In this document: one piece after another, positions 36,820-49,374 of the stretch | Position numbering within the stretch: the first letter of the stretch is position 1 | Layout: every line of letters starts with the position of its first letter | Source of the DNA: Podarcis filfolensis | Lineage: Eukaryota | Length of the DNA: 64,000 nt | Reading direction: 5' to 3' (one strand) | Assembly (NCBI GenBank): GCA_964270895.1 | Contig: OZ185436.1 | Position numbers and translations under genes: made by a program | The notes under the pieces: model-generated | The model's input: only the letters and a program-made list of their open reading frames with translations | Databases searched by the model: none | What the model was told of the DNA's origin: nothing

Positions 36820-37734
36820 GCAAGGATACCTTAAGTCTAATATACAGACCCTACTTCTGCCATCTGTAAACAAGCAATCTTTCCTTTGCAGGAAGGCAGG
36901 CATGTAGTAAAACATTAACGTGATGAAAGCTGACCTTTTGAATTTGTTTGTTCATTGAGCCACTACTAATTAAAGTCCCTCTCTCCTCCAGCTCAGACAC
37001 AATTTCCTTTTCATTTGTTTTAATTCCCACCCACCCATCCAACCCCTCCTCTTTCCTCCTTCTGCCTTGCAATTGCACCCAAAAAGGCTGGGTTTGGCAG
37101 GTAGGAAGAGACACAATGGCCAGGGCTGCCCGATTTATGCACCAGTAAGTAGAAAGCTAAGCCCTACACAAGCCCCAAGTCTCTCTCACCGGCCACAATG
37201 CAGCTTGTCAGGTCAAGAGCATGACGGGTGAGGCCCCTGTGGGGCAGCTGCAGAGGAAAAACTTTGTACACTGATCTCCAAAAGCAAGCAACTGACAAGC
37301 TTCATCTTTCTGGGTACGCATCAGGGCTATTCACAAGCAGGGTCATTAGGAACTCTGGACTTCTTTAAAAATGAGCAACAATATGGAGCAACTTGTCTGC
37401 AGAGGACCTCCCCCCCCCTGCAGAAAATGCTGCCATTGTTTATGCAAGTTTCGCCTTATTAAAGATTAGCTAATGCAAGCAAGTAGGCTATGGCGCTTTG
37501 AAAGACACTGCCCCAGTTCACACCCCATTCACAAAAGAATCACATCCCCAACCCAGTGTGAACGGCTGAGTCCAGCCTCTGGCTGCTGCAGTGATTCTTT
37601 CTTCTTCAGTTACTACACATGCTTTCCTTTCTTTTCCCCACATTTGCAGTTGGCGAATGATTGCTTAAAGTAATGCAAACTGAACAAAATCTAGTCATTC
37701 TATATTCTAATATTGAAAAGGGAAATGTAATTAC

Positions 37735-37757
37735 CTGGAGTAGTCTCCTTTAGCTTC
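37735..37757 (-). CDS. FRMD4B: FRMD4B micro-exon, 23 nt, phase 0-2: EAKGDYS(S)
   Basis: cttttctcaattgtag|GAAGCTAAAGGAGACTACTCCAG|gtaatt; required to keep the frame between the 57-nt and 84-nt exons. Confidence 0.92.
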
Positions 37758-38745
37758 CTACAATTGAGAAAAGTAATGATGTTAAAACACTATTTTTTTC
37801 GCAGTGGCTCTCAATGCTAAATTAAGACATCACATCACTGAAAACTTTTTCTAAAAGAAAACCCACACCCACACCCTAAACTCGTATTTTAAGCCAAGCC
37901 TTGACCACTCAGGCAAGTCTAAAGGACACCACTGGTTTTACAGGGTTTTGCTCTTTTCAAAGAAACAGAGAGACCGTCCTTGCTCAGCTACAGCCAACCA
38001 CAAACTGAAATTACAGGGATGGCCAGCCCTTGTGAACAGTCTGGCAAGGTTCATTCAAAACAGCAGAAAAGTTCAAAAAGTCAAAGCCATCATCAGCTTG
38101 CTGCTGAATTTTGTCAATGAAAATCCAAGTCTCTTGCTAAGAAAAAAGCAGAAGAGACATGAAAATATGAACGACAACAAAATCGTATGTGGTAAGGAAG
38201 ATTGCTAACTGGAAACCAACAGTGTCCTTGATTGGGATCTACAGAACACTGTTCTAAAAATAAAATGACATTGCATTTTGAGCTTTTCTTTTTGAAGTGC
38301 AACTGGTAAGAAAGGTTTAAAAGTTTACAGAAATGCTTAACATTGTTGTACCATATCATACACTTTACCAAGTGTCCAACATGTAATTTTTTTTGGGGGG
38401 GGGCAATAATTATGCTAGAAACGTGATGCTAGTTCAATCATTCTGTGCAACTCCACATCTTAAAACACATACCCATACTCCTACACCCCAAATATCCCCA
38501 AATGTTTACGTCTATTCTAACATCTCTGTTTGCTTTTAGCACAATGGCAGTTTTGAAGCATTTGTATCACAAATGCACATTTATTTTGTTTTTGGCTGGG
38601 GTTAAGAGAGAAATAGACATGCCTATGCAATATAACAAATACATGAAAAATTGCTGTCAGAATTTTGGAACTAAAAGCTTTTGAGACCATGCATGTAAAA
38701 TTAATAACAGCGACAGGCATGCAGAGAGTTTGAGAAAAATCTTAC

Positions 38746-38802
38746 CTGTAAAATCAAAGCAGCTAACCTGAAGACTGTCTCACTTTCCACCTCAATCTGC
38801 CC
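38746..38802 (-). CDS. FRMD4B: FRMD4B exon, 57 nt, phase 0-0: GQIEVESETVFRLAALILQ
   Basis: Acceptor cctctttatttaaacag|GGG, donor CAG|gtaaga; FERM central lobe. Confidence 0.95.
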
Positions 38803-40867
38803 CTGTTTAAATAAAGAGGAAAATATTAAGGAGACATAGCCTAAAACTGCAGCAATGGGATGCCCCCCAGGGCTACACCGAATCTGTTAGCCTGTCACTA
38901 CTCAGCACCACTGGTTTTCCTTCCATTGCAGATCATACCATTACAGCAAGAAGGGGTGGGTGTAATTTGAGCTGTAAAGTTGGGCAACTTCATAGCAGTT
39001 AACATGGACAAGCAGGAAAATGATTCTGAAAATGGAGGTGCAGAAGGCAAGAGAAATCTGACATGTGGGTTGCCTGAAATATTTGATGAATCACACCTCC
39101 CCCCTTACAAATTTAGCACGTTTGGACCCTGCAGATTTCCCGAGGTCTGTTGGCTGCACATTGACTGAATGTTATGCAAATATATCCAGCACACTTACAG
39201 TGTGCACAGTTATTTAGAGGTAAACCCCATGATGCCCAATGGTCTAAACATATATAAAACTGCATTTTATCCTTTTTACAGCAAGGTTTGGGAACTTGAA
39301 CTATCTTGTTTCAACACACACACCAAAAACAACTTGTGAATGTAGGCTACTGTATTCAGACATTTCTAAAGATAAAACACCCTTGTTTTGATTGCAAATG
39401 CATTGTTATCGTTTCAATAACGTTTTTGAGCATGCACAAAGGCTTTCCAAAGTCCCTAAACTTTTCATGCCCCGAAAAACAGCCCTGCTGGGTAGATTGC
39501 TAGTCTCATCTATTACGCAAATGCAGAATCGAAGCTAAGAGGCAACAAACTGCAGAGGCTGCCACATTTTTCATTATTCAAAAAGCCAGTAAACTTCAGA
39601 TCCTGGCTAAGGATCCCCCCCCCAGCCCCCGCTGCTTTTCTCTTCTTTCACTGCCACCCAATGGATAAGAAACTGGTTGCCAGGCACTTCCACGGGAATA
39701 AATAAGCTAGTGCAGTGCAATTCCTCCCCCCCCCCCATGGACCACTTGAAAAATGCTGAGGGTGTTGGTGGACTACTTAATGATTTTTCTGCCTGTTGCA
39801 GCATTTGTAATGTGCTGTGACAGGTGCTGTGTGATTTGTAATTATATTTTTGCTGCTTCTTTTACTTCTTATATTGTATTTTATTGTACTACAATTTTAA
39901 TTTCATAGAATTCCTATCCGTATATCCTCTGCATAGAGTCTCTATGTGGGATTTGTTTCTTAACCAAAAAACAGACAATAACACTCATATACAATTGAAT
40001 CAGCAGTTGCTATATTTTATTCTCTTCCACTGAATGAAGCCACCACCTTCTTGCCTTCACTACGAACATCCCCCTGCCATGCTTCAAATGGGCAGTCCTC
40101 TTTTTTCTTCTTTTCTCTTTGTAAAAGAGCCACTTGTAACCTTATAAGACACATTCTCGTTACTTTTTTATAAGTTGTCAAATGCTTAAAGGTTGTTCCA
40201 AGAATGAAGGTAGGTGTGGGAAAGAAGTGATGTCACAGTCATCAGCCAATCTATGCTGTGCACTGCTGCCTTCTCTTGGCATCCAGTAGAACCAGTTCTC
40301 CCTGAGCAAAACCCTGAAACAGGAATAGCAGCTATATCTGATCCAGAATGGTAAGTGTATTTTCAGAGAGCATGTAGCATAGAATATGAAATATTCAGAA
40401 TATTGGGAACTGATAGAAATGAAAAAACCTCGAAACAGTTGAACTGTGCTATCCAGCCCTTTGGCTAATTAAACAATCTATGGTCTTTTAAACTGTGGCA
40501 GGAATAATTGGTTTGTTTGTTACTATGTTGTGTACTTTTATATTGCCAAATGCCCTGTGATCTGGTACATAAATTTAATAAATCAGAATAATAAAATATC
40601 AATGCACATAGAACTACTGGCCTAGTTCTTACTGAGGTGGAAAATCTATACCTGAGCTGTCCTGCTTCAAACTGCAGGTGAGGTTGCACATGACTGACTG
40701 TTCATTGAAAGAAAGAAAATAAAAAACCTTGCATGAGTGATACCTTCAACAAGATCAAAATTGAAGGGACTAGCAAATAAATGTCACACCCTGCTTTTAA
40801 CATTTAGAAAGAAAAGAGATAATGATTGTAAAACACTTGGGTGAATATGAATATTCTTGTTGTAGAA

Positions 40868-41004
40868 CAGCCTTTCCAAATCTGGAGCCCTTCAGATATT
40901 TTGGACTACAATTCCCATCATCCCCAACCACTGACTATGTTGGCTGGGGCCAATAGGAGTTTATAGTCCAAAACATCTCAAGGGCACCAGGTTGGGAAAT
41001 GCTG
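40868..41004. mobile_element. hAT MITE
   Basis: CAGCCTTTCCAAA...TTGGGAAATGCTG termini; TSD TTGTAGAA / CTTTAGAA. Confidence 0.75.
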
Positions 41005-41426
41005 CTTTAGAAAAAGGACTTGGCTCCTGAGACACTATGAGCAGAATTTAGATCGTTCAATGGTCTGGCCGGCAGAAGGAACAATAAATTTTCACTGATT
41101 CCACCTGAAGCCCCACAAATATGCTATAGGCAGTTGGGGGGGGAGGCACTAGAAATTAGCAAGCTGCAGGAGGGAAATGAGCAAAAAAAATGTCTCACCC
41201 TCCCCACTCCTTCCAGCAGTGGAAGTCTCCACTGGCTCATACCCTTCTGTGAATGGAAGGGTCCATCCTGTTTGCAGGAGATGCCAAGTCATTGCAGGAA
41301 CCTTCTATTTTGGTCTGGGTGGTCCAAAATAAGCTCTAGTGGAGGGGTCACCCGTCTTGGAATGGGAAGTATGCAGGAGATAGGTCTACCCACATAATCC
41401 AAACATCCTAGTTTCAATTTTAAGTA

Positions 41427-41665
41427 CAGTGGTACCTCGGGTTACATACGCTTCTGGTTACATACGCTTCAGGTTACAGAATTCGCTAACTCAGAAATAT
41501 TACCTCGGGTTAAGAACTTTGCTTCAGGGTGAGAACAGAAATCATGCTCCGGCGGCGCAGCAGCAGGAGGCCCCATTAGCTAAAGTGGTGCTTCAGGTTA
41601 AGAACAGTTTCAGGTTAAGAACGGACCTGCGGAATGAATTAAGTACTTAACCCGAGGTACCACTG
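41427..41665. mobile_element. Intact Tigger/pogo-like MITE
   Basis: Perfect 18-bp TIR CAGTGGTACCTCGGGTTA; TA on both sides. Confidence 0.93.
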
Positions 41666-42919
41666 TATGTCTTGAAACAATAGTAGTTGGGGAAACCCTT
41701 TTATCTCGCTACATGCAATATGATTATGAAAACCTGGTTTAGCTAATCTACATTAATAGTTAGTTTATATTAGTGAAGATAGGGCTGCCAACAACTTTTG
41801 GGAATATGGAAACCCTAGTGAAGGACACTTGAAAGCGGGAGAATGATGTGGGGAATGCAAAGGAGCACAGCTGTACAACACAGCCAGTGTGATGATGTCT
41901 TCCACAAGTGTGCTAAGATAAATGACAGGCTCTCCTTGCTGAGACAAGTGATTTACGTGATATTAAGACTTTCAGGGTTTACTATTGTTTGTGGCATATT
42001 AACACAGAAGTTAGTAAATGAGGCCAGCTCACTATTTTATGGGATAAAACAAATTTTCCTGCATTTTTTTGACCATTCTTTGGAGTGTTCTTATGGGGGC
42101 TATTGAGATGACCTGCTACTGCACTTTAAAATTTACCTCTACACCACTGCAGTGGGAATTGCTTAACCCTATACGGAACATAAATCCAGTGTAGGAAAGA
42201 CAGTGTCCGTTTTTCACATTGCAGAACTGCACTAATGAGAACATTCACAGTCATAAAATGCTTCACCTTTTGTACAACAATTAGGGCCACTTGAGACCCC
42301 GTCCTGAATTGAACCTGGCAGTCCAGCTGATAAGCATCCCTGGGGACAGCTGACAAGACGACACAACTTTATAAAATAAAATAGCTGCACGGTTAGTTAT
42401 GCGGTACTCTGACATATGGCTACCCCCTAGGGACCATGTAGTTTGATGGCATCAATCCAAGCAGACATAAAATTTAAAACTCATAGACACTTGGTAAGGG
42501 CTCCATGGGAATCTGTGGATATTAATGCATAATGTGACACTTATCATAATCCTACATTCAGAAAGTGGTTCGATTTACATAAAAAAAGGAGGCATATGTT
42601 TGGAGAAGCAGAATTTTTAGGAGCCAGGAAGTCTATCCTCAAGTTTTCCTCTATACAGGTAAGGATAGTACAGTATTAAGTAATTATTAATTCCATGATT
42701 GTACATTTTCCAGTACAGTACATATAGGTTCGTAATGCTGGTGTATCACATTTAGAGATAAAATATTTATGCCTTGTGACACTTGCTATAGTTTGGATGG
42801 GTGTGCTGTTTTTCAAGCTTCTCACCTTCTCCTGCAACCAGAAAACAGAATTGTTGTACTGTTTTTGGTTCTGCAGTTTCTCTATTCTTCCAGGCTGACT
42901 TATTTAAGATGCATATACC

Positions 42920-43226
42920 AGCCTAGGGCTTGCCAATCAGAAGGTCGGCAGTTCGAATCCCCGCGACGGGGTGAGCTCCCGTTGCTTGGTCCCTGTTCCT
43001 GCCAACCTAGCAGTTCGAAAGCATGTCAAAGTGCAAGTAGATAAATAGGTACCGCTCCGGCAGGAAGGTAAATGGCATTTCCGTGTGCTGCTCTGGTTCA
43101 CCAGAAGCGGCTTAGTCATGCTGGCCACATGACCCGCCAGCTCCCTTGGCCAGTAAAGCAAGATGAGCGCTGTAACCCCAGAGTCATCTGCGACTGGACC
43201 TGTCAGGGGTTCCTTTACCTTTTACC
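42920..43226 (+). mobile_element. Sauria SINE, 5'-truncated
   Basis: Same body as 35153-35479; possible short TSD TACCAGC (42916-22, 43223-29). Confidence 0.9.
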
Positions 43227-45857
43227 AGCAATCTCTCACACCATTATTTACCTTATATTGCTTTCCCCTTTCAATTTTTGCGTGATAACGTGTCTGTCTG
43301 TGTGTGCGTGTACACACAGACAGTACACACACTGTGTGTGTACACACGGCTGTACTAAGATCACAAATCCCCCTGTGCTGCAAAACAAAGCCAGATCTAC
43401 TATAAGTTGTATGTATTTTATGTATTGTATTCTGCCATGTGTGACAGGGGTGGGAATCTTGGTTGGTTGGGGCTGATCAGAATTGGAATCCAACAACATC
43501 TGGAGAGCTGCAGGCTCCCCAAAAGAGATACCTGTGTAGAAAATTGGCACACCTAAAAATCTCTGGAAACAAGTTACTTTCCACATGGAATGCTTTCATG
43601 GTGTTTACATTCCTGTGTAAAAATTAAAGAGGGGAAATCAGTTTGACTATCCTTCACCTCAAACATAAGTGCTAAGAGTCCACTTGCACCAAAAGAGATG
43701 TGTGTGTGTGTTAATGTCATTGTCTTGATTTAATGTTTTGCTTCTGGACAGTGATTTTAAAATTGACTGCCCCAGCCAAACAATCTCTAAAAGTGTTCAG
43801 GGCTCCTTTGCTAGAGCCTTTCCCCTCATTTCTACCTGGGCTGAAAACATAAGCCCATATTAAAGATTCAAAGTGTAAGTTTGACAGTTCAGCACACAGC
43901 AGCCTTATGAAAAATTCAGTGGATGACAGACGAGAAGTCCCAATGCTGTATTTACCTCAAAACATGACTTTTCACAGAGAAATAAATGAATAAAATATCA
44001 AGTGCCATCTTAAGTTTCATACTTTGGAACAGGATATTCTTTTGGGTCCAAGAAGGGAAAGAAATTTTTTTTAAAGATAACAACAACAAAACCCTACAAA
44101 GTTAGATATGTTTTCAGAAAGTTTCTCAGTTTGAACATGCTTATTCCTCCTATTAAAACCTTCACGATCATTTCAGACAGAGGGAAGACGAACTGGCCAA
44201 AGCGTCATGAGAAAGTTGACTGTGTTTTTGGTCCTGCTGAAATACCAGTTGCCTCAAGGTTTTTTTGTTGTTGTTGACACAGATAAACATGTATTGACAT
44301 ATGTCAATACGAGTTGATCTCATATGAGTGATGGTGGACAAGGTGGCATTTTGAATTTTGTAACTAGCTCCTTTCTTGTCCAACTGAGGTAATTACAGGG
44401 TGGTGGCAAGTTTGGAAATCAAACTAGTGTTTTAAACCTGGAACAACTTCAATTTTCAAAAACAAACCTAACATAAAAACAGTAATTTGATATCGCTATA
44501 ATTACACAGATGGCTTAAAGAGTATATATGCAAGCAAGTTGGCGGGGCTGATGTGCAGGATGAGTCTCAAAAGACTGGATACATTTCTGAATTACTCAAA
44601 ATGGGAAGGGAGGACATAGCTGGATATAATCCAGATAAAGAAATCAGAGTTTTATAAGATGCAGATGTAAAGAAGTTCAAACAGAACTATTTGAAAGAGA
44701 GTGGAAAGAGCCATGCCTTTTAGTCTGATACTGTGGCAGCCAATCCTTTTAACATGGATAACTAAATTAAGACTACATGGAAATGGCAACTGCAGAACAG
44801 CGGAGGTGGTTTTTGTTGTTTTGGTTTCTGGGGTTTCTTTTGCGTACAGAACATCTTAGGCCTGGAAATTACTTTGGGTGACATTTCTTATGCATTTTAA
44901 ATAAGCTGCTGGTTGCATATACATTAAATAGTCTGCCTCGTGGCTGTTTCTAATTACCCATAGGGAATAGGGGTAAAAAGATCCTTCTTATGGCTGCATT
45001 TTTAAAGTAGGTCTAAAGATCTACCCCCTCTATTGCCTGTCCTCCCACTTGGTGTTGCATTTGTTTTATGCTTACGTTTTGTATTATTATGATTATGCTC
45101 AACAACTAACCAAAGCACAACCTTCAGTGCTAATATTATCCATTGGACTTTATATTCTGGTGAAAAGAATCTCACTTTTGCTGTTGCTGTTGATGTGCAA
45201 GGTCAACTTTGGAAGGTTTGGTGAACTTTGGAGTTAATGAGGCCTTAAAGGCTCATCGTTAGAAGTTTAGTCAAATAAATAAGGTCAATGAGCACTAATT
45301 AGGCATTAAATAGAATTAAGAACGAGGTTGCCTTTCAACCATAGTGTTCATTTTATTGCACACGGTGGTAGTTTCATCACTGAGTAAATTATTTCTTGCA
45401 ATGTTCAAACTATTTGCAGCCTAGGTTTTGGTTTAGGATTGGTAATGAGGGAAAGCAGGGTTAAAGCCATGAGACTGGCAGAAATACAGCAGGATATGCC
45501 TTTTCTAGCATGGAGGTTCAATTATGGGAGAAGCATCACCCATTCACATTTTGTCTGTTGGACATTTTAATATGTTTGTAGCCACTGATTTATTTTTGGG
45601 CTCTCCGCCCAATCTGCAAAACAGAAAAACTAATTTGTGTATGATGTAGCTCAAATTCCTTGAGAATTCTGTCCTGTTTTGTGAGTGGGTCAGAGGGCCC
45701 AATCCACATACAGTGTACTGGGCCCGGAAAAACCTGCTAGCACCCCTTGGTAGAGAGGCCAGATCTTCCAAAACCAAGCATTCGTAAATATGCCCACTTT
45801 TCCAATATCATTCTGAAAACAGAAATGTATAGACGTAGAGCATAAATCTTCACAGTA

Positions 45858-46098
45858 TAGTCGTACCTTGGATCCCGAATGCCTTGTGAGTCGAATGTTT
45901 TGGCTCCTGAACGCCGCAAACCCAGAAGTGAGTGTTCCGGTTTGCGAACATTCTTTGGAACCCGAATGTCCAACATGGCTTCCAACTGGCTGCAGGAGCT
46001 TCCTGCAGCCAATTGGAAGCCGCGTCTTGGTTTCCGAATGTTCTGGAAGTCGAACCGACTTCTGGAACAGATTCCGTTTGACTTCTGAGGTACCACTG
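45858..46098. mobile_element. Tigger/pogo-like MITE
   Basis: TA|TAGTCGTACC...GAGGTACCACTG|TA; inverted relative of 19699-19922. Confidence 0.82.
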
Positions 46099-47359
46099 TA
46101 GTTAGAAACTTGGCCAAAAGTTCATGTTCAAAATGTGTGATAGCACACGTCACCTCCCTGAAGACTACATATCATTCTTTTTTCCATCTCTTGTTAAAAA
46201 CATGCTTTTAAAGATCTGCTGTGACCGGGGTCCTTATGCAGTATGTGAATTACAACACAACTCTAACCACATCTACTCAGAAGTAAGTGTTTGAATTAAA
46301 TGGGGTTTACTTCCTAGGCGAGTGGGTTTAGAACTGCACCTTTAATCTTTTTACTGAAATGCTAGTAAAAGGAGCTTTACTGTACTGTGATCTAGAAAGG
46401 AATTTGGACCCTTTACCTAGAACAGCTGCAAGCTTATCAGCATTTTGGGGTTGACCTTTTCTGCAAGGAGTTAACCTTACAACACCCTTCAAGTAGTTCA
46501 GTTGAGACCTATGACTTCACCCACTGAACTTCACATCTGAGCAGGAATTCGAGCCTAGATTGCCTGTAGGCAACTCTGACACTTGAGTCCAACATAGTGC
46601 ACTCCAGGGATCATGGGCTACAACATACATCCCTGATCACTGGCTACACTGGCTGCAGCTTATGCAAGAGTTACTGTGGTTCACAACATCTGGAGGGTAC
46701 CAAGTTGGCTACCTGTGGTCAACTCACGACACACCATTTCCCCCCTCCCCAGGTGTGCTCTTATTTTTGAGTGATTAATAAAATATTAATGTACAGAAAT
46801 AAAGGAACACAACTTAAAACGCTTTTGATCTAAAGTCCTAGTTGCAAGGTACCTCAAAAAGGCAGGCTTTATGAAATGCTAAAAAAAAATCAAGTCAATT
46901 GCAGCCTCAGAGACTTCAAAACTAGCAGTTACGTGAGCATAGGGAAGAACTGTACCTTTCCTCTAGTCATAAACTTGGTTTTCTTCCCTGAGGCTGGTGT
47001 CATTCAGAGAAGACTATGGGGCTGTGAGAGTAGCCTCAAGAAATCCAAAGCCCAAGTAATAATGTGCAATTACACGTGACTGTTTGGGTGTTGGGAAGAG
47101 GAGAGTAGGTAGAAAAAGAAAAAGGGGAGAGAGGGAGGAGAAAGTGGTAATTACCAGGGTGTGGGCACCCTGGTCAGCTAATTAAAGTTGAAGAATCCAC
47201 AGTACAAGTCTATCCCATTATCGCATGAAATAAGGAGCATCAGACACATAAAAAAATCACGGTGTTGAGAAAAGGTAGCAAACGTTTAGTCACCATCTGG
47301 ATTCTGACGTTCAGTCAAACCATCATTAAGACTAACCACAGTTTTGCCTGGATATTATT

Positions 47360-47700
47360 AATCATCATAATTATTATTATGACTACTACATTGATTACCC
47401 ACTATTCACCAGCTAGTCCCAGGGCAGTTTACAACAATTTAAAATTTGATATTAAAAACAAATTACAGTCACGGAAATACGGTGCGTTCCAAAAAAACAC
47501 ACACCTCAGGTGTCAAAGGTGAGGGCAAAAAGGTGTGTGCTGAAAAAAGATGTGCCTCTGTGGGGAGAGAATTCCAGTGTAGGGGCTGTGACAAAGAATG
47601 CCCTCTCCCAGGTCACACGCCCTTTAATCTTCAAAAGTGGTGGACCTATCAAGAGGGCCCCCTCTGCTGATCTTAACACCTAAGAGGATGTGTAAGAATG
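47360..47700 (-). mobile_element. Old L2-type 3' fragment
   Basis: ttattattat tail, cccagggcagtttacaaca, ggggagagaattccag, gagggccccctctgctgatctta motifs. Confidence 0.6.
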
Positions 47701-47830
47701 GAGGCGGTATTTGGAGCCTACCGGCAAGTCCTCACCGGCAAGGTGAACTCACCGGCAAGGTGAGTTGCTAAGAGACCCTTAACAAACTACAGCCCCAAGC
47801 ATTCATTCATTTTTTTTGGGGGGGGTGTCC

Positions 47831-48238
47831 ATGACTCCCAGTATGTTTCCAAGCGCAATTCAAAGTGTTGGTTTAAAGCCCTAAACGGCCTTGGCCCAGT
47901 ATGCCTGAAGGAGCGTCTCCACCACCACTGGTCAGCTCAGACACTGAGCTCCTCCTCCAAGGGTCTTCTGCTGGTTCCCTCACTGCGAAAAGTGAAGTTA
48001 CAGGGAACCAGGCAGATGGCCTTCTCGGTAGTGGCGCCCTCCCTGTGGAACGCCCTCCCATCAGATGTTAATGAAATAAACAACTATCTGACTTCTAGAA
48101 GACATCTGAAGGCAGCCCTGTTTAGGGAAGTTTTTAATGCTTTATTGTGTTTTTAATAATCTGTTGGGAGCCACCCAGAGTGGCTGGGGCAACCCAGTGG
48201 CAACCCAGTTAGGCGGCATATTATTATTATTATTATTA
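47831..48238 (+). mobile_element. L2 LINE 3' end with (TAT)n tail
   Basis: KALNGLGP-CLKERL-like end; gccttctcggtagtggcgccctccctgtggaacgccctccc; gggagccacccagagtggctgggg; (TAT)n. Confidence 0.85.
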
Positions 48239-49319
48239 ATGTATGTCGTGCTGGAGATGGAAACATGAGAACATAAACCCAAGGCTTGTTTATGTAATGC
48301 TTAACTATGGTTTAGCAAACAGCCAGACAACAAAGTATCTTGTAGCATCTTAAAAGGAAATGTTTATTGTGGTATAAGCTTTCATAGTTAAAAAACCACT
48401 TTGTCAGATGCATTAAGTGTCAGCCACATTTCATTGATACATTTACATAGTACATATATGTGCATGAATATGAACACCCAAGAGAGAGGAAAATGTAAAT
48501 AGTGTAGCAGTGGGGTCAATGTCTATATATCTTTCACTTCTCTCTTTTCCTGTGCACTCTTTCAACATTAACTTTGAAGTTACTTTATTTTTATCAGGTT
48601 TTCATAAATGAGAAATATAGTCAAGACATGGGAAATGTATTTAAATTGTTCTCATACGCAACAGAATGATTTTCATATAGCGTCTTCTATGGACTTTCTC
48701 AAATGAAAGGAAGCTAGACGTGTTTGTGGTTAAGAGGTACTCAAACTGCTGAAGGAGTGGCAACTGAACATAATCTTCTGTGATATGTTGAAGAGCAGAT
48801 TTGGAAACTAAACTAGGCCAGGAAATGAAGGGCGGCTACTCACCTGAAAAGGAGGCCACCAGCCAACCATGAATAATTAGTAAGGAACAAAATAATGCCT
48901 TCACAGAGACTACAGGGGATATGCTTAATCCTTTGCCTTTTACACATACATAAGTAGGCCTTCAACAGACTCCTACTAGGAATCCTTTGTGATCACAAGC
49001 ACTCCTTTTTGTGAAATGACTGAAGTGTTAAGAGCAACTGGGCTCTAAAACCACCTCCCTAGAAAACAAATGTGCAAAGTTGGTGGGATAACCAAATACA
49101 GAAAAAAATAAATAAATAAAAAATAAAAGTTAAGTGCTAGCCTTCTTTTCTAAACACACAATTCTGAACCAACCAAATCAGAAGTGGGGGAAAACAAAAG
49201 GTACCTCCACTATTGTACATAAAATGGAAAGGCAGCCATGTTAGTCCATAAGAAAAGGGGGGAAAACACTCCAAAATTCAAAGCTGGACTACTAGGATCC
49301 ATCAAAATGCCAGGAACAT

Positions 49320-49321
49320 GT

Positions 49322-49372
<51 letters not shown>
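49320..49372. repeat. (TG)n microsatellite
   Basis: Direct reading. Confidence 0.95.
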
Positions 49373-49374
<2 letters not shown>

